In this document: positions 21,501 to 29,350 of the stretch, one piece after another
Numbering within the stretch: position 1 is the first letter of the stretch
How the letters are laid out: every line of letters starts with the position of its first letter
IMG/VR virus record: IMGVR_UViG_3300033121_001921
Span: 16,537-80,536 of that record
DNA: 64,000 nucleotides
Direction: 5' to 3' (one strand)
Origin: a virus
Lineage: Duplodnaviria > Caudoviricetes
Program-made: the position numbers and the translations under genes
Notes under the pieces: model-generated
Told to the model about the DNA's origin: nothing
What the model saw: the letters and a program-made list of their open reading frames with translations, nothing else
Database searches by the model: none

Positions 21501-23540
21501 CTATTATGGACATTTGTTGATGTAGAAGTAACTGGATCCCCAAATATATTAAAAGAAGGATTAATAATCGTAAATAAGTATTTCGAAGAAAATATCAATT
21601 ACCCTGGACTAAATTGGATCATTGAATTTCATGATTTAATTGGCAGCAACTGGGCTTCAATAACTGATATATCCATTAGATCAAGAAGGAGATTAGATCA
21701 AATTTCCAGAGATTTGCAATACTTTAATAATTTTCATCGTCCGGAAGATCTAATAACTGATGTTTATGATCTTTCAGGATCTCCAATAGTATCGACATTC
21801 TCAAATTATGAGACCGAAATAAAATACAAAATACCAACAGACTCATATGTTAAGGCAATGCTATCAGACACCGAATTTTTTGAATCCATTACAGGTGTTA
21901 TATACACAGACTATAAGAATGAGTTAGCTATACAAATAGCTAAATTAGATAGGGAATATGAAATTGATATAACAAGTGGATCAGCGAGTCAGATAACCTT
22001 ATCAGATCCACACAATTTGGTAATTGGGGATAGTGTATCTATAGAATATACAGGAACTCAATCCGTATTAACTCCGTCTGCTCTCGGATATAGATCCGTG
22101 ACATCAATAATTAATGAATATACTTTAGAAATAGATGCTACTATTTCATTTCAATTGGGACTCGTCTTAACATATACTAAAAAAGATCCATTTTTGAATT
22201 TTGAACCAATAGATATCTTTGATTTAGGAGTGGGAGATAAGAAAGTTAAACAAGCTGTTGAGATAACTCCAGACAAGTGGGATGTCGAAGGAAGTCGATA
22301 TTTCCTACAAAATATGGATTTCAATAAATTCAGATACAGGCTTATCGATGGACTTGATCTGGAAACGCTATCAAACAATTATCAATGGATTCTAGAAGCT
22401 GAGATTAAAGATGCTATAATAGGATATAGATTGGTGGACAAGGAATTAGTTTGGTATAAGGGAATCTGGGAATGTGGAAGATGGTTTGGTGGTCGTTGGA
22501 TATCAGGTACTTGGAAGTCGGGGGACTGGTATGGTGGTACGTGGGAATCTAAAAAGATTAAGGATAATTTTATCTCCGTTGGTGTTGATGACTCATCTTC
22601 AAATTTAGAAAGTTCTAAGTGGTTTGGTGGAAGATGGTTTGGTGGAATTTGGAATGCCGGAACTTGGTATGATGGAAGATGGTATGATGGAATTTGGTCG
22701 TCTGGAAGGTGGTATGATGGCACTTGGAATGATGGCACTTGGAAATCGGGAGACTTCCTATCAGGAATTTGGGTTCTGGGCGAGTGGAGCAATGGAATAT
22801 TCAATACTTCAAATGGACCCGCTTTCTGGCTAGATGGTAAATTTATGGGTGGTGATTTCGAAAATGGAGTTTGGTATAGTGGGGAGTTCAATCAATTGGA
22901 AAATGGTCCCGTTTCTAGGTTCGGAACAAAAGCTATAAATACAAGAAATGCTAATTGGTTAGGTGGTAAATTCATCGCTGGACAATTCCATTCATATTTA
23001 AACTTAAATGATGATGGAGATCCTGACGTATCAGATATACATAAGTATTCAAATTGGCATACTGGATTTTTCAGTGGGGATTTCTATGGTGGTAATGCCT
23101 ATAACATAAACTTCAATTCCGGCGTCTGGCATGGGGGTATACTAAATGATCTAGAAATAGTTGGAATTAATTCTACTCCATCCAATACATTTTTATTAAG
23201 TGGCATTTGGAGATTTAACATTGGTGATCAATTTTATGTGACTGATGATTTGATCACATCCACATATTCAGTCTTTGGATCAACTCAAGATCCTATTAGA
23301 TATAGAGTCATAGATACTACCTTAGATGAGGATGCTAATACAACTGAAATCTATGTTGATAGAAGATTGTTTGATATTCTTTCAGTGAATACTGGTGAAA
23401 TAGATACGGGACTTAAACTGGTTTCTAGATTTTCAAATTCCTTCTTTAACTCAGGAATTTGGTTCAATGGAGTTTTTGAGTCTGGATATTTCAATGGTGG
23501 AATGTGGTATATGGGAAACTTTTCAGGAAATTGGGGCTAA
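18600..23540 (+). CDS. large putative virion protein (1646 aa) with BNR-like propeller region and C-terminal G-x-W pentapeptide repeats
   Basis: TSNGGYSW BNR-like motif; tandem GIWEC/GRWFG/GTWKS repeats; behind AATATATA. Confidence 0.7.
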   Translation: MWVPNNDTYKWSEREDKNSVQDFESYKQDLKSVRFYQKCLSGSTYVAVNNLENIYDILDEQDPRTYYYDSGFSGYVDSGSPTGSFQIGINGATSGTYSQYEFLNKEIAEYGMTLKNLFTPNRLISDQISNLFYVDVATDGPVSNIGQFTQNLIIDDIRLKEGHRILVKDQYRTEILSNSIDPDTYFIGYYEVVEEGSTQSSYRIPTSENGIYIFRNSRLERTTDLDEYENLIKYSICAKLGSANRELQFHLQRLSNGFFPEYQNSEPIYFKLKKNWVVRNRMDYNNLFELMLYDTIKHATQSIFNSEDGITYSIPSRTIAVGEFGSILNTQGDLTTIVNNKWKTNLRSIDETETNYWICGDDGTLLKVDKISFEITKIKIDVETRLNKISFFNNLRGVIIGKFNQLWVTSNGGYSWTRIQFDSFEGFNYNSVIYSQIDKFYVGGDNGVFIEFEVVGSEWNAYKRRISRFEGQDDEFLLVEDITSLSYIEINDDPYISIGARGNNIFIYDKNHVLSEYDFIYLRGDIEISDVTSIINYGPTYSLVFSTFDGVYQTYPYLAVPTSFNIIDVTFQTYLNQFAINSIFNYADTEIILVGNNSTWKLSQLSLSSVDVYDNDNISNYLDRLKPKLLFMNYDIGSKLYWFDDYGQYRIPQRFSMLITDLLSSTSIEFRSKSGEISWIDYWKDRQKTFGYASGDMSNSTTVEPSFLFRQDDTNSGTWSYVGSDVTISYDANVMPLTQSSRFRPPSTPTPGFVEDLYFYDYLGVWKNPGSQVGDVILIKSDIVEGKFIINRVEGSYSYFFTDFNENIITNLSQTIDPIYVKNLNLYNSTSQDLFMDVFNRHYISNAYGIDTLEYSATQSSFEIFGKYSRYSAYYNLEMEIDDGTNTTEINYPSGFLNFGYTPTYNLLSYLTFINPALSASKEFLSLPVFENIPWGTTVSNVYIDIGIPSHNKIRFGTDLKHIWDSLLLWTFVDVEVTGSPNILKEGLIIVNKYFEENINYPGLNWIIEFHDLIGSNWASITDISIRSRRRLDQISRDLQYFNNFHRPEDLITDVYDLSGSPIVSTFSNYETEIKYKIPTDSYVKAMLSDTEFFESITGVIYTDYKNELAIQIAKLDREYEIDITSGSASQITLSDPHNLVIGDSVSIEYTGTQSVLTPSALGYRSVTSIINEYTLEIDATISFQLGLVLTYTKKDPFLNFEPIDIFDLGVGDKKVKQAVEITPDKWDVEGSRYFLQNMDFNKFRYRLIDGLDLETLSNNYQWILEAEIKDAIIGYRLVDKELVWYKGIWECGRWFGGRWISGTWKSGDWYGGTWESKKIKDNFISVGVDDSSSNLESSKWFGGRWFGGIWNAGTWYDGRWYDGIWSSGRWYDGTWNDGTWKSGDFLSGIWVLGEWSNGIFNTSNGPAFWLDGKFMGGDFENGVWYSGEFNQLENGPVSRFGTKAINTRNANWLGGKFIAGQFHSYLNLNDDGDPDVSDIHKYSNWHTGFFSGDFYGGNAYNINFNSGVWHGGILNDLEIVGINSTPSNTFLLSGIWRFNIGDQFYVTDDLITSTYSVFGSTQDPIRYRVIDTTLDEDANTTEIYVDRRLFDILSVNTGEIDTGLKLVSRFSNSFFNSGIWFNGVFESGYFNGGMWYMGNFSGNWG

Positions 23541-24028
23541 AATCCTATATAATTTTCATGATAAAATATCATAACATGTCTAATATATTTTCCCCTTTTG
23601 AATTTGCGACGTTCATTCTCCAAGTCTTGATATGAATCATAAATTTGCAAAAATCCAAATTCCTTAGCTAAGTTGGAAAATTCCTGGATATTTTCATTCC
23701 ATTTACCCTCCTCGAATGTTATAGATACAGTATAAAATGGAATGTTCCTATATCCATATCCCACGGAAGCCTTCCTTTGAATATCTATAAGCTCTGAATC
23801 TGGTAACAATCTACTTATATTGTAATAAAATTAAGACTGTCTGTATCTAAGAATATCATAAAATGATGGATTTCCATCCCATCCATTCCAGACAGGAGCG
23901 TGCCATTTAAGCGATAAGAATATCTTTTTCACATCAACCGAAACGTTGAAAGATTCTTCCAATCCAGAAAAGATATCAAATAGCACTCCCTCATCTTCTG
24001 AATAAGATTCAAATTTCTTTATTATCAT
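23537..24028 (-). pseudogene. CTS-motif protein split by an in-frame TAA (23831-23833)
   Basis: Track ORFs 23831-24028 and 23537-23809 share a frame: YRQS*FYYNISRLLPDSEL. Confidence 0.6.
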
Positions 24029-24615
24029 AGATCATCAAATTTCTTTATCTTAAATAGAGAATTAATGTTATTCAGTTTTGCCTTTATATCATCTAATAGT
24101 CTTTTATGTATAGTATTTAGGTCTCTATTTTTTTCAAGTCCTTTTACTATTCTAAAAGTTTCTTCAAAATAATTATTTCTGAACTTCTCGGACGCTGTAA
24201 ACGCATCTGAAATATTTTGAAGCCTGTCTGATAATTTAATGATAAGTGCTTTGTCCGACATCTTTATCATCTTATTAAGAAGATAACCCCCCTTATCACC
24301 ACCCCATTTATGTGAAATCTCACCACCATCAGATGTAAGTTCCATGACAATATCAGCAATATCGGGACCAAATCTATCCTTTATGTCCCTATATCCTATC
24401 CATTTGTCCTCATAACAATCTTCTGCAACATCATGCAAAAGAGATGCACAGAGAATATCCTCATCTGTTGTGTAGAATTTAGCTATACCATTGACTTTCT
24501 GAACATGATCATCAAAATAAGGTAGTCCAATAAATTTTCTTACTTGTCCCCTATGCTTTTCTTGAGCAAATTCCCAAGCTTGCTTCTCCTTTTCCGTAAT
24601 AGGTCTGTTAGCCAT
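24025..24615 (-). CDS. HD-domain protein, SpoT/Mesh1-like (p)ppGpp hydrolase family
   Basis: AQEKHRGQVRK, PYFDDH, LLHDVAED, IKLSDRLQN. Confidence 0.88.
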   Translation of the reverse strand: MANRPITEKEKQAWEFAQEKHRGQVRKFIGLPYFDDHVQKVNGIAKFYTTDEDILCASLLHDVAEDCYEDKWIGYRDIKDRFGPDIADIVMELTSDGGEISHKWGGDKGGYLLNKMIKMSDKALIIKLSDRLQNISDAFTASEKFRNNYFEETFRIVKGLEKNRDLNTIHKRLLDDIKAKLNNINSLFKIKKFDDL

Positions 24616-24671
24616 CTACAAATTTAATCATTTTTTCACAAATTACAAAATGCGTAATTTATATATAAATT

Positions 24672-25250
24672 ATGAATCACATTAAAAAATTTGAATCTTG
24701 GGATAATGATGCTCCAGTATTCAATTTTGATCAAACATTTCATGTTGTTGGCAGAAATGAAATATCTAGCTGGTGGGATTGTCTATCATGTGATAATATA
24801 TGGGAAAATTTTAATAAAATAGATCCATCAGAATGTCCAAAATGCTCTTCAAAAGAAATTGAAGAAATAGAATCTGGTGAAGAAGATGACTTACTAGATT
24901 TATATAGTCTTAAGAAAGCCTATGAAAATCTGAATCCAGAATCGCACCAAGAAGTTATAAATGAAGTTAAGTCACTAATTGAATCAACAATTGAAAAGTC
25001 TGGAGGTGAATTTTCAACTTTTGTGGAGTCTATGGTAAAGGAACCAGAAAAATTCAAAATTGAAGGACTTATCAATGATTCCGACATATATGATTTCTAT
25101 CTAAAATATAGAAATGATATAGATGAGATATTAAATGATGTGAAGTTCTATGATGAGGTTCCATCTGAAATAAATGTTTTTGGTCTATACGATTATATAA
25201 TTACGGGAACGAATAGAGCCGTTCAAGAGGTTGTCAAGATGATCAAGTAA
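24672..25250 (+). CDS. hypothetical protein with CTS-like start and Zn ribbon
   Basis: MNHIKKFESW; CLSC...CPKC. Confidence 0.75.
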   Translation: MNHIKKFESWDNDAPVFNFDQTFHVVGRNEISSWWDCLSCDNIWENFNKIDPSECPKCSSKEIEEIESGEEDDLLDLYSLKKAYENLNPESHQEVINEVKSLIESTIEKSGGEFSTFVESMVKEPEKFKIEGLINDSDIYDFYLKYRNDIDEILNDVKFYDEVPSEINVFGLYDYIITGTNRAVQEVVKMIK

Positions 25251-25617
25251 GAGTTATGCAAATTAGCATTTCCGCATATTGTCTTTTAATTCTTAGTCCA
25301 TCATATTCAATCTTTGATACCGATTCATAAATTAATTTATAAATCTTAGATTCGTCTTCTAAAAACTTATAATACTCTTCAAGATCTTCGGGATTTCTAA
25401 CATCTTTACTAACTTCTTTACCTAGGGTCACAACAACAAGAAATTGATTACTCATTCTATGATTATCAAAGTATCCGAAAAGGCCTTGATACACTTTATA
25501 AATTTCTTTAGAGTAGTAAAATTTGATTTGATTTTCATCAGAAATATTTAAAAACGCAAGCTTTATATCATCCAATCTATCATCAATTGAAGATTCATTG
25601 AATCTACTAATTTTCAT
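25243..25617 (-). CDS. hypothetical protein with CTS-like start
   Basis: MKISRFNESS; shares a palindromic TATATATA with the divergent gene. Confidence 0.7.
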   Translation of the reverse strand: MKISRFNESSIDDRLDDIKLAFLNISDENQIKFYYSKEIYKVYQGLFGYFDNHRMSNQFLVVVTLGKEVSKDVRNPEDLEEYYKFLEDESKIYKLIYESVSKIEYDGLRIKRQYAEMLICITLT

Positions 25618-25633
25618 TATTTATATATAAATT

Positions 25634-26044
25634 ATGAACAAGAGTAAATATTTTATGTCAATTCATGATAAATTTGGCAACTATATGAAGGTTTGTGATA
25701 ATATGGAGTTAATAACTGGATACACAAAATCAGAAATTATTGGGCGATCAGCCTATGAATTCTTTAATCCAAAATGTATCCCAGATATCGTGACTTCTCA
25801 TTTAAGTCCAATACTGACAAGCATAAGCTATCAAATTGTTAAAAAAGATGGGACATTTCTTTATGTAAATACCTTATCATTCAAGACAGTTGATGACGGC
25901 ACTAAAAATGATTATATTTGTTGTGTAACTAAGAAAATGAATTTCTTAGAGAGATTTCTTTATAGAGTAAGCAGATATAAAAGGAAACTAAACTCAATTA
26001 TTACTCTAAAAATCAGAAAGGCTCGTGATCAAAAAAACATATAA
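25634..26044 (+). CDS. stand-alone PAS-domain protein
   Basis: IHDKFGNYMKVCDNMELITGYTKSEIIGRSAYEFFNP is a PAS-like signature. Confidence 0.8.
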   Translation: MNKSKYFMSIHDKFGNYMKVCDNMELITGYTKSEIIGRSAYEFFNPKCIPDIVTSHLSPILTSISYQIVKKDGTFLYVNTLSFKTVDDGTKNDYICCVTKKMNFLERFLYRVSRYKRKLNSIITLKIRKARDQKNI

Positions 26045-26534
26045 TGATCAAGATATTGGAAATTTTCTAGATTGTTTTCTAGAGATTGAGGATAGTGGAT
26101 TTAAAATAGATTTAGAAATTGACATATTGATGGATGCTTATCCTTATGGGTTTCTTTACAATCCACATATATGGAATAGTGCAAAGCGACAATGGAATAC
26201 TCCATGGGAAGGAGATCCATCAAAAATGCCCAGTATGGATGCAACTAGAGGTGGTATAATTACAAATTATCATTCCGACCTTATAAGAGTAAAAATCACA
26301 GGATCAAAGGAATTATTAATGGGAATAGATTTTTATGAAAACGTGATAAATATTCATAGGCCACTTAGAAGTGATTCTGTAAATCAAATATCACTTAAAA
26401 ACCTCGAAAATATAAGATCCAATATACTTATGAGAAAAATTAAGAATATTTCTGGATTCTACTTATATAACTCTCAATATTATTCTCTGACGAATGGGAA
26501 AGGATCTATAATTTTGGAATTCATACATCAATAA
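26025..26534 (+). CDS. hypothetical protein, paralog of 32043-32552
   Basis: Shared QDIG..LDCFLE.ED.GFKI and DAYPYGFLYNP.IWN.AKRQWN.PW.GDPSK. Confidence 0.75.
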   Translation: MIKKTYNDQDIGNFLDCFLEIEDSGFKIDLEIDILMDAYPYGFLYNPHIWNSAKRQWNTPWEGDPSKMPSMDATRGGIITNYHSDLIRVKITGSKELLMGIDFYENVINIHRPLRSDSVNQISLKNLENIRSNILMRKIKNISGFYLYNSQYYSLTNGKGSIILEFIHQ

Positions 26535-27113
26535 TCAATCCCACCAATTTATCAATCCTCGCCCGGTATGAATTTCCTCATATGACTTGTTTTTTAAATT
26601 AGGATCTATGATGTAATCGTAGTCAAAATTATCACCTTTTAGTATATCGAAAAGTTCTATCCACGTCTCCTTTTCTATTTTTCGAGATTCAGTCATTATA
26701 GCATCATCTGTTGATATCTCTTCTTCGGTTCTAAGATCAATCATTTCATAATACTTCTCACCATCAATAATTGTTTCCTCAAATTTGAATCCGTTAGATG
26801 AGTGATTCAATCCTAAATTCTTTTCAGCCAGGTTAGAAAATGAATCATTGATGATACAATCAAGTAGATAAATACACCTCCTCATGTAATAGACTTTCTT
26901 CGATCTAGATTCATTTTCTTCTTTTCCGTAGTTCTCAATGTAATCGCAGGATCTTGTCAAAGATTTTTTCAATAATCTTAAACTATGTTCATAATCACAA
27001 GGGTGGTAATTTGTTAATTCCGATCTAAATATCCATATATTCCTAATAAAATTAGGAATATCATATCTGATAAGATCATAAACCCTCATAAGTCTGTATC
27101 TTATATTTTTCAT
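26535..27113 (-). CDS. hypothetical protein
   Basis: 192 aa ORF ending GLINWWD. Confidence 0.75.
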   Translation of the reverse strand: MKNIRYRLMRVYDLIRYDIPNFIRNIWIFRSELTNYHPCDYEHSLRLLKKSLTRSCDYIENYGKEENESRSKKVYYMRRCIYLLDCIINDSFSNLAEKNLGLNHSSNGFKFEETIIDGEKYYEMIDLRTEEEISTDDAIMTESRKIEKETWIELFDILKGDNFDYDYIIDPNLKNKSYEEIHTGRGLINWWD

Positions 27114-27288
27114 AGGCTATATTTCCACAAGATGGACACACTCCTTTTTTAATTCTACGTTCAAATTTGTCAGAAAGTTCCCTAGATATACACATTGGGT
27201 CACAGTTAAATCTAAGACAATGTGGGCACATGTCTAGAGATCTAGAACCGTCCAATTTTAATCCCCTCGGTTTCCTCTTTTTGATCAT
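27076..27288 (-). CDS. small Cys-rich hypothetical protein
   Basis: CPHC, CDPMC, CPSC. Confidence 0.6.
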   Translation of the reverse strand: MIKKRKPRGLKLDGSRSLDMCPHCLRFNCDPMCISRELSDKFERRIKKGVCPSCGNIAYEKYKIQTYEGL

Positions 27289-27953
27289 ATTATCTCTATG
27301 CTATCCGCCTCAATAGAAACACTGATAGGCTTATTTTTATATCTATAATCCTCGTCGAGATTAGATGCGTTTATGTATAAAGTTCCATTATCTGATTTAG
27401 ATCCATAACCATTGTGAATATGCCCAAACACATGAACTTTTGGATTTATGTATTTTGATACTTCTTCAAATAGTAGTTCACACCCACAATTAAATCCATC
27501 AGGTAGGTGGTCCAATATTCCATGGGGTGGTCCGTGGGTAATAAGAATATCAGTGTTTCCGGGAATCATTTTCCACTTTGATAATAATTCTTCCCCTCTT
27601 CTTGGCAAATTAAAGGCCCAATTATAAAATACTGGCTGCCATGGAGATCCCCAAATTTTAATTCCCTCAATTTCAATTCCATTATCTTCTAGATATATAA
27701 TATTTGGATACCTAGATAGAATTTCTTTAGCTCTCTTTGGATCATCTTGAAAAATAAAATCATGATTACCAGCAATGAAAACTTTATATCTATAAGGAAG
27801 GCTGGAAAACCATTGTAAAAAATTCTCAATTTCATGTTTATATCCTCTTATTGATAAATCCCCAGCATGTACCACAACATCACCACCAATAAAGTCGCTA
27901 TTTGGCATCCAAGCCTGAGAAGAATGAGTGTCTGATAAAAAGGTTATTATCAT
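27285..27953 (-). CDS. calcineurin-like metallophosphoesterase
   Basis: SDTH, HAGD, AGNHD, THGPP, GHIH. Confidence 0.93.
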   Translation of the reverse strand: MIITFLSDTHSSQAWMPNSDFIGGDVVVHAGDLSIRGYKHEIENFLQWFSSLPYRYKVFIAGNHDFIFQDDPKRAKEILSRYPNIIYLEDNGIEIEGIKIWGSPWQPVFYNWAFNLPRRGEELLSKWKMIPGNTDILITHGPPHGILDHLPDGFNCGCELLFEEVSKYINPKVHVFGHIHNGYGSKSDNGTLYINASNLDEDYRYKNKPISVSIEADSIEII

Positions 27954-28372
27954 AAAAGGTCAATCCAATTAAAGTGTATATGGAAATGATTTATTATCAA
28001 TGCAAATATAATAAGTGATTTTGCTAACTCAAATAAAAATCCTAGAACCTTTCCAATGAAAGTGAATTTACTATTGACTATAATGTTGAAAAGAAATGAT
28101 AACAAAATCAGAACTAAGAAAACAATCCAACTTTTGGTTATCAATCCAAAAAAGAACCAGATAAATTCAGCCTTCGCGAAAGTATTAAAAGTTGAGAATA
28201 CATCATAGTCGTGTTTACTCCTAAAGTCTTTTTGAATTGGATCTATGCCAGATATTTTTTTAAAGGATTTAATCCACATCAACGTATTGTAAAATCCATT
28301 GAAGTATATGATGTTCGATATGGCCAAAAAAAGAATAGCAAGGCCAATCAGATAATATGCATGTCCCATCAT
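27950..28372 (-). CDS. hypothetical membrane protein
   Basis: Four hydrophobic segments. Confidence 0.75.
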   Translation of the reverse strand: MMGHAYYLIGLAILFLAISNIIYFNGFYNTLMWIKSFKKISGIDPIQKDFRSKHDYDVFSTFNTFAKAEFIWFFFGLITKSWIVFLVLILLSFLFNIIVNSKFTFIGKVLGFLFELAKSLIIFALIINHFHIHFNWIDLL

Positions 28373-28432
28373 TTTTTATTATATCTGGTTGGGGATTTAT
28401 GTTTAGAACATCTCAATCATAATATATAGATA

Positions 28433-29350
28433 ATGTTAATTAGCGAGTCTGTATTTACTCCAACGAACAATAGAAATTATAAAAAATTCAAATCACTAGG
28501 ATATGAATTTGATATTGGTGATGTGATATTGGTAAGTATCAATCATCTTTCTACAGGATCAAAATCTATTGTTGTTGTACAGTGTGATGTTTGTGGGTCT
28601 AAAATGGATTTAAAATATTCCATGTATGTAAAGAATACTAAAAAGTATGGCATTTATACATGTAATGGTCGATGCTCCAAAATAAAATTTAAAAAAACTT
28701 AGAATTTCGGTTCAGAGACTCCGATGCAAAATCCCGATATAAGAAATAAAGTTGGTGAGTATTTCCTATCTAAATATGGAGTTAGACACCCATCAATGCT
28801 TTTAGAATTTGAAAAGAAAAAACAAGACACAAATATAGAAAGATACGGAGTTCCTCACCAAATGCATATATCAGATAATATCCTAAAAATAAAAAGCTCC
28901 AAGTTAGAAAAATACGGGAATGAAAATTATAATAATATCAAAAAGAATAAAGAGACTTGCTTGGAACGATATGGTGTTAATAATGTAATGAAAGTTGAAG
29001 AGATATTTAACAGGCAAAAATCATCTAGCTTTAGTAAAAACGAAATAAATAATTTAATATATCAAAGTACTTATGAGCTAGACTTCATAAAAAAATGTCT
29101 GAGTATGAACATTAGAATAGAAAACGGGCCATCTATTGATTACGCATTTGATGGCAAAGATCATAAATATTATTCAGATTTCTACTTGCCAGAATATAAT
29201 TTAGTGTGTGAGATCAAGTCTAATTATATATACAACATGGAAGTTGATATAAATGAACGTAAAAAAGCATCTTCGATAAAAAATGGATATAATTTCTTAT
29301 TTATAATTGATAAGAACTATACTGAATTTGAAAAAATATTGATTAGATAA
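28433..29350 (+). pseudogene. KYG-repeat PD-(D/E)XK homing endonuclease interrupted by an in-frame TAG (28700-28702)
   Basis: CDVC...CNGRC, KYG repeats, YYSDFYLPEYNLVCEIKS; the two track ORFs share a frame. Confidence 0.7.

Noticed and set aside
22382-22891. Periodic PSYQ/PDFQ/PPNH ORF on the minus strand
   Set aside because: Antisense shadow of the G-x-W pentapeptide repeats.
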